From Felis catus (Eukaryota): a stretch of 64,000 bases of DNA. The stretch spans positions 147,004,001 to 147,068,000 of the forward strand of contig NC_058368.1 in assembly GCF_018350175.1 (NCBI RefSeq), written 5' to 3'. How positions within the stretch are numbered: position 1 is the stretch's first letter; every line of letters starts with the position of its first letter. A program made the translations under genes and the position numbers. Below, one piece after another: positions 11,791 to 23,748 of the stretch. The notes below the pieces were generated by a model. That model had not been told where the DNA came from. It saw nothing but the letters and a program-made list of their open reading frames with translations, and did not search any database.

Positions 11791-12682
11791 CCATGCAGCT
11801 TCTGATCACTTGAGGACACTGAGTAAGTACATCTTTCCTTTCTTTGTAATAACCCTAACCCTAAAATGTAATTATTATTCATTAAATATTTCCTGATTGT
11901 GTGGAACAGACTCCAGGGCGATCCTTGCTGATCCCACCAAGGAAGATAAAGAGTCTAAGGGCATGTATAATCTCTCCGAATGTAGAATGTTTTCACAGTA
12001 GTAATGGCTTTTATTGTGTAATTAAATGGTTGATGATAGCCACAGAAAAGAACACTTTCGGGGTAAATAGACACATTACATTATTTTACAAGACAACTAA
12101 CACTGAAGACATTTTTTGTAATTCTAAAAACTAATGTTTTAGGTTTTGTGTTGAATGTTGGTAATAATAATTTACATTAAAACTATAATAACAACATCAG
12201 GAAAAAGCCAACTGAGATTTCTTGTCTCATTTTCACTTAAGCCTGAAGGTATTAAAAACACCAGTTGGCAAATGTAGGTTTGAATAATCAATTAGCAAAG
12301 CCTAAACCATTCCTTAATGTGTCATGAAAATTAAAAAAAAAAAGGAAGGAAAAAAGATTTTTATTAGAGACTCAAACTGAGCTTGCACTGCTCAGTGGGA
12401 AACTCAATCAGCTCGTTATTGTGTTATGTTTATTTTCCTTCATTGGGTAAGTTAACAACATTGAAAAATAAAATAATGACCAAGAGAGTGGTCTTAGGTC
12501 TGTACCTTAAGAAAAACCAACAAAAGATCTGCCACCAGCTATTTAAAAGCTAACAGACTCTTTTGAAAAAATGGAGCCTTCAGTTATAGCATTTTAATAC
12601 GTGTATGTGGAGACGGTGACCCTGCATGACATAGAAGAGAAATGCTCCGTGTTGAGATACTATCTGGAATACTGAGGTATGG

Positions 12683-12783
12683 TCTAAGCACTTTTATTTG
12701 TGCCCTATAAACACATCCCATTTTTGTGAGGGATACTTCTAAGCACTTTTATTTGTGCCCTATAAACACATCCCATTTTTGTG
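12683..12783. repeat. Perfect 46-bp direct duplication with 9-nt spacer
   Basis: TCTAAGCACTTTTATTTGTGCCCTATAAACACATCCCATTTTTGTG occurs at 12683-12728 and 12738-12783, separated by AGGGATACT. Confidence 0.97.
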
Positions 12784-14617
12784 CATAAATGAGTGAAAGA
12801 AAATACTTAATCATACAGTAATATTGTCGTAATAGTGTATTGACTTGTTGAATGGGTAATGACACTCTTCTATGTTTAGAGAATGAATAGACTAAAATCT
12901 TTGATATCTACTGATTTAATTTAGCCTGCTCTGAAATCATATAATTGAAGGAACTAGCACTACATTATATTGTTAAGCCTGAAGCTGTCTATACAGAATA
13001 GTAAACTCTGCAGGGGCACATAAGGCATTACACTAGCAATGATTACTATAATATTGAAAACTTGCCCTTTCTGACTGAGCTAGTAGTTTTCTATTCAAAC
13101 TCCAGGTTACTGAATAGTGGGTCAAATTGTCCCTTTGTCATTTTTATCTATTCAAGTTCCATGCTGAGAAATATTACAGTGTAAGTGTTCAACAGTAAAT
13201 AATATAATGATTTCTACCTAGATATGTAGCTTGCCTAAAAAGAAACCATTTATTTGGCACTGAGAAATGTGGGATTTTCAGGAGTCAGATTGGATGCGTT
13301 CCCGTTGAGTGAATTGAAAGGGGCGGCATTCTGAATTTTTAAAACGTAGGGAAAAATTATAAGACAATCTTTTGTTTAAAAATTAGAAATTTATCACGTG
13401 GAAACATTTAAAATGTATTTAAAAATAGTAACTTCAGAAAATAAGTTAGTTTAAAACTTCCCAAAGAAATATCACCTTACGTTTTAAATAATGATGAATC
13501 ATACATCCATCAGTTTCTTTAGTCTGTAGTTCCCAGTATTGTCTGTAGACTTTTTGCACGTATTTCTAGAAGGAATTGTTGAATTATAACAGATGTGATA
13601 AAAACTGATAACCTGATGAAGTAACTGCTCAAATCAGCAAAGAGGAAGATCAAAACCGTTGGCAATGCGTGAAGAAGATGTGAACAGAAATGGTGAAATG
13701 TTCATTTTGTCCTTCTACGGACAGATGATTATATTTCACTGAGAAGTCTTTTTTTTGTTTTGTTTTGTTTTTAATCCTCAGACAAATTTCCCCCATGCTA
13801 GCAACATGAGAGACTAGAGACTAGCTATCTCAGGGAATGCAATCCCCTGGACTACACCTACGCTATGTATCAAACATGCTTTCCCACTGGCATACATCTG
13901 CCAATTTACATCCTCTGAATATTTTTTTTTTGAAAGCACATAGGTTGATTAACTTCAAAGTATGTCTGCAGTATCTACATTTAATTTCTAGGAGTCACAC
14001 ATAAAGCTAGGCTCAAAAGCAGTCAGCTGGAGGCTCGTGTGCTGTTGTGGGAATCTTGTTGCTTCTCAGGGAAAGCTGATCCATGCTAAGGTAGAAGCAG
14101 AGGCCATGTGGGCATTGGGGCGGGGCCCTCTTTCTGGCAGGCTGAGGGACAGGCTACCTCACCCTGCAGAGCAAGAAAGGATGAAACCTGAAGGCCAGAT
14201 TTTTGGAAATGTTATATGAAATTTGAAAACAGACTTCCCATGAAATGTAACATTTTCTCATTAAACTAATGACTGGAGAACAGCTGTTGACTTTAGTTCA
14301 GTGAGCTTTGGGGCTTTCTCTTATTGCATTTTTCATCATGTACAAGTGTTAGTGTAAAGATAAAGTCTTGGGCTTGCAGTTAGGTGACCTGAATTCAATT
14401 CCCTTTCTAGTGCTAATAGGCTACGTGATCTTCATCAAGACTTTCCTCTGTCATGCTTCATTGCCACTTATGAAATAGGGACAGTAATAAGGTGTCTTTT
14501 AGAGATTTTGTAATTTTTGTTGTAGCTATTATCTTGAAAGGGATATAGAGTCACTACTTTTATTAGATGATTGCTTGTCTTTTTCTTCTGATTTGGCATT
14601 TCAAGACGAGTGCTACT

Positions 14618-14620
<3 letters not shown>

Positions 14621-14653
<33 letters not shown>
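14621..14653. repeat. (CA)n microsatellite
   Basis: Direct reading of the sequence. Confidence 0.97.
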
Positions 14654-14654
<1 letters not shown>

Positions 14655-15479
14655 TTTTGAGGCCAAATGGAAAATATTTGTGGCTAACCCTCTAGGCAAA
14701 GGTACCTCAGTGTTTAAGAACATCTAAAATGTCTCTGTGTAAGTCTTCATGCATATTTTTTTTCAGACACAGCGAGTTTATTTGATTTTGAAGTTCATAT
14801 TCCCTACTCTGTATTTATAGGTATATACTGCACACACCCTTTGGTTAAATCTCAGTTTACAGATTATTTTTGCTCACATCAGAGGATCTATTAGTTTGCT
14901 TTGGTTCATAAAAGTCTGCATTTAGTTTGTAGGAAATATTTAAAGAATGTAACCTTTAGAATTAAACTTACTCTGAGCTAAAGGTACTGTGTCAATAGAT
15001 CCTTTTCCTGTGGTTACACAATGGTTTTCTTTTATGAAAAATTTAGACTATTTCATGCAAATGTTTTAATGATATTAAACTGCATACATTCCATTTTTGC
15101 TAAGGATAAGACAGCGTGTGAAAAAATCATGGATATGCCATGAATTTTATTTATTAAGCCCAATTTGCATTCAAAATAGTGTGGGAAGTTGGGAGAAAAT
15201 CCTCAGAATCCGTATTTTTACAGAAGGTAAATATGGAGGGTCATTAAGCTACCAGGCTTAATGGATTTGTAGTCAGTCCTCGTGACTAGATTGTTCTGTT
15301 TCTATTTAAAAGAACTCGATAGGCTCTATTATTCCAAATACTTGGTTTCTTCCTATTGTGGTACAACTGACTTTATCCCATTTACTGGGGATTCACAAAG
15401 CTTAGCACCATGTTAAGATAGTAAGTGCACTTATCTAAATACATCACTTATTTGCAAGTTGAAATATAAAAAACTAGAA

Positions 15480-16671
15480 CGTGACAATGAGCAGATGCTC
15501 ATGGAATTCACTGGTCTTACCATGTTCCCTGTCATCCTGGAAGTTTGTTTGGTAGGATGGTAAAACGGCCTTTTGAATATTCGGTTACATTGACAGCGAG
15601 GTGGCAATACCTTGCAGAACTGGGCAAACATACACTGCAAGCTGTGTATGCTTGAGTTGTATATGCCCTGACCCAGCATCCAATATGTTGTCTTTTTCAT
15701 AGCCAGTATTCACAAGTTTGAGAATCAAGGGGTGGGGATGGGAGTGGCACCATTCTCTATTATCCCTAGCGACCCACTGGCAAAATTTTTGCTTCTTGTT
15801 CTTGTAACTTTATGCTCTGCTGGCCTAACAGGTCTTATTCTAAAGGGAGGCATGCCTCCACCAGGAGACATAACAGTGATTCCACTAAACTAGGATTTAA
15901 GACTGCCACCTGGCCACTTTGGGTTCCTTGTTTCTCTGAATCAACAGGGAATGAAAGGATTTACTTGGCTGGCTGGCATGACTGATCCTCACTACCAACC
16001 GAAATTGGACTACTATTCCACAATGGAAGGAAACATATATCTGGAATATAAGAGATCCCACAGGGTGTCTCTTACTATTACCATGTCCTACAATTAAACT
16101 CAATAGAAAACTACAACAACCCAACTCAGGCAGGGCTACTAATGGCTTAGACCCTCCACTAATAAAAATCTGGGTCACCACACCAGGTAGAGAATCACAG
16201 TCAGTTGAAGTCCTTGTTGAAGGCAAAGGGAATGTGTAATGGAAGAAAGCAGTTATAAATATCAGTTATGACCACATCACCAGATACAGAAATGAGGCCG
16301 GAAATTGTCATGAGGATTTGTTCCTTATTTTGTTGTGAATGTGTGCACACAGTAAGAATGTCTGCATTTTCTGTCTTTTCTTATCTCCTTATCACATAGC
16401 ATAAGATATATTCACTATATATCATAGTATTTAAGTATTATTAACTTTACATCATAGTAAATTGCAAGAGGGTATCAATGAGAAAAGTAAACATTACCCA
16501 AGGACTTTGCATCATCTTCTGATGAAAGATTTAGAGCATTTTCAATTGTATATAGGATGCTTATATCATATTATGTGGAAATATAACCTTGTTATTGTCA
16601 TTTTCTTTATTTGGAGACTAAGAAAGGTTTAAGAAGATGTTCTTAGGTGCCAAGTTGACAAAGAGTGGCTT
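15480..16671 (+). mobile_element. ERV-L internal fragment: decayed integrase C-terminal part, dUTPase and 3' leader/PPT
   Basis: From 15500 the translation HGIHWSYHVPCHPG is ERV-L integrase-like. From 15831, GLILKGGMPPPGDITVIPLN*DLRLPPGHFGFLV…LAGMTDPHYQ/EIGLLFHNG is a decayed dUTPase with a motif-3-like GxxDxxYxxEI. A PPT-like GCCAAGTTGACAAAGAGTGG abuts the LTR. Confidence 0.88.
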
Positions 16672-17030
16672 TATGATGGTTAATTTTATGTGTCAACCTA
16701 ATTAGGTCACATTAACCATATATCTGGTCATTTTTCTGAATGCTTCTGTGAAAGTATTTTTTTAGATAAGATTAACATTCAAATCAGTAGGCTTTGAGTA
16801 AAGCAGATTATTCTTCATTATGTGGGTAGGCCTCATCAGTAGCGAAGGTCTTAATTTCTGACATCTCTGGAAGAAGAAGAAATTCTTCCAGAAGACTGAA
16901 TTTCAACTGTAATACTGGCTCTGTCTTGGGCCTCCAACCTACCTGTTTAATCTGCAGATTTTGAACTTGCCAAGGCCCCACAATGACATGAACCAATTCC
17001 TTAAAATAAATTTCTCTTTGTTTACTCCCC
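16672..17030 (+). mobile_element. MLT2-family LTR (3' LTR of the ERV-L), 3'-eroded
   Basis: Starts TATGATGGTTAATTTTATGTGTCAAC and contains GATTAACATTCAAATCAGTAGGCTTTGAGTAAAGCAGATT and CCAATTCCTTAAAATAAAT, typical of MLT2. Confidence 0.88.
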
Positions 17031-17179
17031 CCCTCTACACACAGAGAGAGTGGTAGGTAGATCACAGCAAATTTTGTTCGTTTGTTTGTTTTGTTTTGGG
17101 TTTGTTTGTTTGCTTTTTGAGGGGATTCAATACAGAGAGAAAAGAAGTAGAGGAGAAGGGAGATTCACATTTTTGGGGA

Positions 17180-17345
17180 ATAATGTTTAATAGGAGAGAC
17201 TTTAAAATCCAGGTTTACTCACTAGCCAGTTGCTTGACTCTGGGCAAGCTCCTTTACCTTGTTGAGCCTCCTTATTCATCCACGGAGTAGATATAATGAT
17301 GCCACCTCACAGGGTTATAGTTGGAGTTAAAAATGTAGAAGAATC
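17180..17345 (+). mobile_element. MIR relic
   Basis: TTGACTCTGGGCAAGCTCCTTTACCTTGTTGAGCCTC…ATAATGATGCCACCTCACAGGGTT MIR core. Confidence 0.65.
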
Positions 17346-17360
17346 CTCAGAATGTTTTTC

Positions 17361-17910
17361 TGTAACTGGTGGGAATAACAGTTTTAAAACCTTACATTCT
17401 TTGACACTCTTTGAGAGTTTTTACTCACTTGAACCTGGAGAGTTCTGTAACTTCTTCGAGCAACAGAGTTTGCGAAAACTAATGATATGTGACTTTTGAC
17501 ACTGGGTCAAAAAGTGTCATGCTGTCTTGTGCTCTTGGAACACTGAGCCATCATGTGAGAAGTCCAACTACCCTGAAGCCACTCACCACGCTGGAGAGGC
17601 TCTGTATAGATAGTCTAGCCAACAGCCCTGTTTATGCCCAGCCTTCCAGCTGTTCCAGCCAAAGCCCCAGCATGTGAGTGAGGAAGGTGTCTGGGAAAGC
17701 TATTCTCTAGCCCCAGCTTTTCAAATCCCCCTTCCCCCACCACTTCAGGCTGCCCAACTACAACTTGTGCATCACAAAGCAGAGACAGTCCTCACCGGCT
17801 ATGTTTTATTCAAATTACTGATCTACCAAATAGGTGATCATGATGAAATGGTTATTACCTTACAATACCGAGCTTGGGGTGGTATGTTTCACAGCAACAG
17901 TAACAGGAAA
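17361..17910 (+). mobile_element. MaLR LTR (MLT1F/G/H-like)
   Basis: CATGTGAGAAGTCCAACTACCCTGAAGCC…CTGGAGAGGC…CCCAGCATGTGAGTGAGGAAG…GGGGTGGTATGTTTCACAGCAACAGTAACAGGAA. Confidence 0.75.
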
Positions 17911-19096
17911 ATAGGAGTATAGGTGGTTGCTAACATGTCCAGTGGGGTAATAAGCATCACAGCAGCTATTGCATGTTATACTCATAGCAAACCTATAGTG
18001 AATGTATTATCATCATTTTTCTTTACATTTATCTTATAGGTAAATCAAGGTACAGATAGAAGAATGCTTTTTCTGATGTCACAGAATAAATGAAGACTTA
18101 CTAGGGAAACTAGTGTCTTTCCAATTTGTTATACCATGAAGTTTAAGACCGAGAGAGGAAAAATAGAGACAATGAGCGACAGAGAGACAGGGAGGCACGT
18201 GGGCATGGTGTCTGTGGAGTTAGAAGAGAGTGAGAGAGGCTGGTTTTGGCCAAGAGCTGTACTGCTTCAGAGAGCAGAGGGGAGGGAGGCGGTAAGATGG
18301 GCTCAGATGGATCTGGGTATGGGTGGTAGGGAGTCATAGTAACCTCAATTTCGTCTTGAGTCAACGGCCCTTGATGGGAGCCTTTTGTGGGGCTGAGCGA
18401 CTGAGGAAAGTGGACCTAGTTTAGATTTAGCCTGCCACTGTGGTCATAGGAGGAGGATCCGGCCCAGGAGAGGCAAAAGGATTACAAAATAACATTGCAT
18501 GAGGAGTTATACCGAACTGCAGTTGAAGGATTTGTCATGGCAACGATCTGTGTAGAACTGTGACTTCCCTATGGGCTAACACCAATCCAGATATGGGCCT
18601 TGAGGAGGTCAATTTGGGGATTAGTTGAATGTTGGATATTTGTACTATCAGTGTGCTGGAAGCAGGGAGTGAAATGGGGGAAAGGATAATTTGTTCAATC
18701 ATACAATAAATATTATTTCTATATACTATATGCCAGGGCCTCATAAATGTTTGTTTGGAGAGTCAAGGGGACTGATGAGGTAGGGTCTAGATCAGTTGGG
18801 ATGAACCCCCTCAGTAGATGGGATGAAAGTCTGAATGAGAACAAAGAACAATTGCATGAGAGTGAGGAAGCAAGAAACCCTGGCACAGGAGAGACTGTGG
18901 TGACAGAGGGAGATATTAATGTTTAAAATATCAAAGAGGTAATATAACATGGTGACAAGATCCTGAAAATGGAGTAGCTACCTTTAATGGAGTGAAGGAA
19001 ATGGTAGATATGAGAATTCAAGGAATGCTGAGGATAAACATTATATTTGCCCAATCGTCCTGATCGTCAAGTTGCTGGACATAAAGATAAGGTGAC

Positions 19097-19452
19097 CGCT
19101 ATGGACTGAATGCTCAGTGGTTAATTCATATGCTGAAATCCTAACCCCTAAAGTGCTAGTATTAGGAGGTGGGGCCTTTGGGAGGTACTTAGGTCATGAG
19201 ACTGGAGTGCTTGTGAATGGGATTCGTGCCCTTGTAAAGTGGAGGTGCCAGGGAGCTTACTGCCCGTCTCTGGCCTCTGCCATGTGAGGATACAGCGAGA
19301 GACATCCATTGCGATGTCTGCTGATGAAAAGAGTCCTCTGCCAGCAGCTTCATCTTGAACTTCCCAACCTCCAAAACAGTGAGAAATAAATGTTTGTCAC
19401 TTAAGGCACACAGTCTTTGTTATATTTGTTATATAGGAGCCTGAGCTAAGAC
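19097..19452 (+). mobile_element. MaLR LTR (MLT1A-like)
   Basis: CTATGGACTGAATG…TTCATATGCTGAAATCCTAACCCC…GTATTAGGAGGTGGGGCCTTTGGGAGG…GTGAGAAATAAATGTTTG…CTGAGCTAAGACA. Confidence 0.88.
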
Positions 19453-20599
19453 AGTGACCTTTAGGGTAGGCTTTTATAGATGAGTAGGATGGTTCCAGAT
19501 GAAACATATGAGAAAGCGTATTATAGTCATAGGGAATAGCTTCAGTGGGGGACCAGAAATACGAAAGCCGTTTGAGCCACACTCACCTAGCTGTTGCCTT
19601 AGAGATAGTGGCAACAGGAACTGTTTTCACAAGGAATACGAGAGGTGAAGCTCTAGCCTAGATAGAAGTCCTTTCTGAGTGGCAGCTTTTTCATTTATTT
19701 AGTAATATTAGCCGTTTGAATGAGATCAGTCTTTGTTTACAATGTCAAAATAATTACTTAATTGTGAATGTAAGCACACTGGTTATAAAAATATACACGG
19801 AGAGTCTGAGAAGTTACGTGAAAGTATTTAACACTTAATATAACTATCTTCTAAATTCTTATTTTCACACACACGTGGAGGGAGAAAGAACTCTTGACCT
19901 ATAGCCAAATAATATTAGCAGTGAAACATGAATGTACATGCTTAATTTAAACCTGGGGAATCATCAGACAGCTGGAAGAAGGTTATGCTTCTCCCTCTCT
20001 ACACTAAAGAACACGAACAAATGGCTTTATGAGTTCAAAATTCACAGTGTATCATATCAGTCTGAAAACTAAGAATGTCGGTAACAGTTTGGCTAGAATC
20101 ACTCTACACAGTGAGGTGCCCTAAGGGCAATGGCATATGAACATCCTACTACTAATTGTCACCTCTGTTCATCATGCTCATCAAACAAGCCTGAGCCCTG
20201 TGTGCTGACGTGGGCTCAGGAGGGCACTGTGATACTGAGCAAAGGGGGACAGCCACTGGGTTCACAGTGACCAAAAGAAAGCACGAGTGAACAACAGCTC
20301 ACAAAAGAGGACTGCCCGAAGTGACCGTTTTCAGGCTGCAGTTCAAGGGAGCCATTTAGTAAAGCAGGCAGAAGCCAAGCTTTTGGTGATACTGGACGTT
20401 CCAGCGGTAGAGTCTTTCTGATGTGTGGCCTACAACACTGTCTTCCTATTTGCTCTTTCTATAGTGTCTGCTTTAATTCAGTCATCAGCCCACATCCGGG
20501 CTGCTTCATATTCTCCTAATTGATTTCCTCCTCTCCTTCGGACAATTTATTCACTTTTCAAAGTACGTTTCTCAAGCACAGTTACGATAATTTCATTCT

Positions 20600-20990
20600 T
20601 GTGTAAGGTAGAGGTTGCTGTTTAGCTGAAGAATACACTTCCCTGCTTCTCTTGTAGCCAGGCATGGCCAAGTGATGAGATCGTGTCCAAGGAGACATGC
20701 AAAGAATTGATGGGTGCAAATTCTGGTTTACGGACTTGGAAAGGAAAGGACTATGTTCTCCTCTGACCTTTCATACTTGCCCTGCTGACTGGAATGCAGG
20801 TATGATGGGGGGGTGGGAGGATGGAGCCAGATGGATCAGCCTGTTTAAGATGGCAGAGCAACAAGACAGATGAAGATACAGCCCCGCTGGCCCTGGATTG
20901 CTCATTCTCAGATCGCTGTGTGACAGAGGAATACATTTTCGTATTGTTTTGGCCTTTTCTGTGGCCTAAGGCACTGTGTTTACAATCCTC
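20600..20990 (+). mobile_element. Old MaLR LTR relic (MLT1I/J-like)
   Basis: TTCCCTGCTTCTCTTGTAGCCAGGCATGGCCAAGTGA…GATGGCAGAGCAACAAGACAGA resembles old MLT1 LTRs. Highly diverged. Confidence 0.5.
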
Positions 20991-21284
20991 ATTGGCTCCC
21001 TAAGTCCTTCCTGAGGAGGGCACTCAAGGTTTTTTCAAATCTAGTTTCAGTCCACTATGCAGCTCAATTCCCTGTCACTTGCCCTGGGGACACACTCCTC
21101 TGGCCGAATTAGTCCTCCATTTTCACGAAATATACTTTCACGTGGTGCCTTTACATACGTTGTTCCCTCTTCTCTTGACTTATCCTTTAAGGCCTAGCAC
21201 TAAAGTCACCACTTCTGCTTTCCTGGGCTTTTTGCAACACTTTTCTCTGGCATACTTCATTTCTTCTTCCTCAGGGCTTCAAGA

Positions 21285-21289
<5 letters not shown>

Positions 21290-21328
<39 letters not shown>
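21290..21328. repeat. (TG)n microsatellite
   Basis: Direct reading of the sequence. Confidence 0.97.
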
Positions 21329-21329
<1 letters not shown>

Positions 21330-22294
21330 CACACTCCCTCATAATTTTTTGCATTATAATTTGTGTTTATCACACTCACTAGGGATTATTCCATTACATC
21401 TTATTGGCCAGAAGTAGACTACACTGCACCCTTCATCTTGTAATGGGCAAAGCGAACAGTGGATAATCAGGATGGACACAAACTGAAGCATCTTTCTTGA
21501 GGAGCGGAACCCTGTTGGCAAAAAGGAGTGGAAGAAAGGTTGGAGGTGCTTGATGTTCTTTTCAACTACAATGCCTTTGACGACGGCAGGGAAACCAGGA
21601 AATCAAACAGCATGGGGCAGATGCCTTTGGTTACTGGACTCAAGCTGGAAAAACAGTCCCTGACAAGCTACAATCATTATTGTGTATTTCTAGTACTTTG
21701 AAAGATAAGGAGGAAATCTGCAGAGTAGCCCCATAGGGATAGGAAGGAATTAGGCCAGTGTAGTCCCTGAGAACAGTCAGGTCTTGTTTCACTGGATGTG
21801 GAAGTGCTCTCCCATGTATCTGACATCCACAGCTGCACTTTGACATTGCCGTTCCTGACATACATGACTACAGCAGGCCCACTCTGGGCCAAGTGCAAGA
21901 AGTCACTGCCAATGCATTTGGTTTAATCTGCTTAATCGCATGCTTATCCTGGAACAAAGAACTGTTTTCAACATATGCAAATGAACAATCTATATGTCTT
22001 AGCATTTTACATTCCCATTGAAAAACACTTCTCTGCTCTGAGTTGTGCCCCAAATATCCAAGTCCTATGAGAAGGGTCTATGGATTAGATTTTTATGAAT
22101 TCTACTTTAGGAAAGCATGAGATTTCAGGAGAGCAGTGTGCACATCTAAAGTTACAAACTAATTCTGAAAATAAAATTTGAAATGAAAACCGGTGATATC
22201 GTTTTTGTTCTTTTTTCTTTTTTTTCACTGTCTGAATAAGCTTAGTATAGTAGGGAAAGTAGATTCTTTTAAGAATGAATGGAAGATTGTTAGG

Positions 22295-22500
22295 TAAATA
22301 TGGTGGTTGAGACCATGGGTTTTGAGGTCAGCGTGTATGGGTTGATGGCCTGGTTCCATTGCATAGCAGGATACTTAAGCCTGCTGTGCTTTAGTTTCCT
22401 CATGTGTAATGTGGAGATACTGTTACTGTCACCTCATAGGCCGCTTATAAGAATTAAATGAGATAAATAAAGGAGATCTTCTTTTATTGCTGGTACACAG
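22295..22500 (+). mobile_element. MIR relic
   Basis: TACTTAAGCCTGCTGTGCTTTAGTTTCCTCATGTGTAATGTGGAGATA…ACCTCATAGG…AGAATTAAATGAGATAA. Confidence 0.75.
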
Positions 22501-23710
22501 TTAGTACGATAAATACTGGCGCTCTCCATTATTATTTGATGTAACATTCATTTGTCAGTTAATACTCACACAGCCTGAGACAAGACTGTGTTCCAAAAAT
22601 CCTATCATATTGGTGGGATTGGTGACCTTATAAAAAGAAAATGTCAAGAATCCAATATCTCCTTTTGTGACATGCTAGGGTATGAACTAGGAGAATATAA
22701 GCTGATGTCTAAGTAATAACTCCACACTGGACTTTGAAAAAGAAAGTTCAATTATGTTGGTTCTTCTGAAAGTGTGAATCAAACTGGCGTATGGTAGGAT
22801 TTTGTAGGTAGGTTTTTATAGGTGGTAGAGGATAAAATCATAAATGCGTTGGAGGAGAAGGGCTCTTAAAATTAACCCACAGCATTTTTGGCACCTATCT
22901 TCATGTTGGCCACCCCTGAGACAGTGTGAGGGTTTGAAGTGGATTTATGCCCAAATTCTTCATGGCATAATTTGAAAGAATTTAGGCAAAATATGCTTCC
23001 ACAATGAACACACACTCTGTTTTATGAATGGTCTGTTTATTGCTGTGGTTCCACACAGCTAGAACAAACTGGCCTAAACCAGTCAAATTCATGCAGAGTC
23101 ACTAGGCTGCGCTTTAAATCCATTCCTCACTCCTAAATCCACTTTCAACTACATTAATGAGTAGATATGCCATGAAATATACGGGGCTGTGCACCTTTCG
23201 AACAGCTCCTATATGTCACTATTTAATGTGGAGTGTGAAGGAATCAACGTGTTCCTCCAGCCCGTGTGGGTCTGACTGCAGGAAATAGCAGCTCAATCTT
23301 TGAAGCAAAGACTTTTCCTCTGCCTCTCAGAGTAAATAGCCCGGGAGAGCTTCCTCACTCCAAGGAAGTCTAGATAAGTGTGTGATAGGAAGGGAGAGGC
23401 CTGTCTGTTGTGCTGTCAGAGCGGCACCTGAAGGAAAGCAGCTGGCTCCTGCTGAGTGATAAGGCTAAGGTTACTGAGGCAGAGATAAAAAGCTCACTGG
23501 ACCAAAGTACATTAAAACCGAAAGAGCCCCAGTCGGAGATTTCAGCAGTGCACCCTAAGCCTTTCTCTGAACAAAATGACAGTCTGTTCTGTGGTTTTTT
23601 ACATTTATTATTTATTTATTTATTTATTCATTTATTTATTTAATTTATTATTTTTTTGAAGGGAATGCAAGAAGTATACTTTGCTAAGAGGAACAAGTGT
23701 AGAACATGAG

Positions 23711-23711
<1 letters not shown>

Positions 23712-23745
<34 letters not shown>
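23712..23745. repeat. (CA)n microsatellite, with an adjacent (ATTT)n tract at ~23603-23650
   Basis: Direct reading of the sequence. Confidence 0.95.

Positions 23746-23748
<3 letters not shown>

Noticed and set aside
12683..12783. CRISPR-like repeat-spacer-repeat
   Set aside because: Only two copies with a 9-nt spacer, in mammalian DNA with no cas genes. It is a simple duplication.
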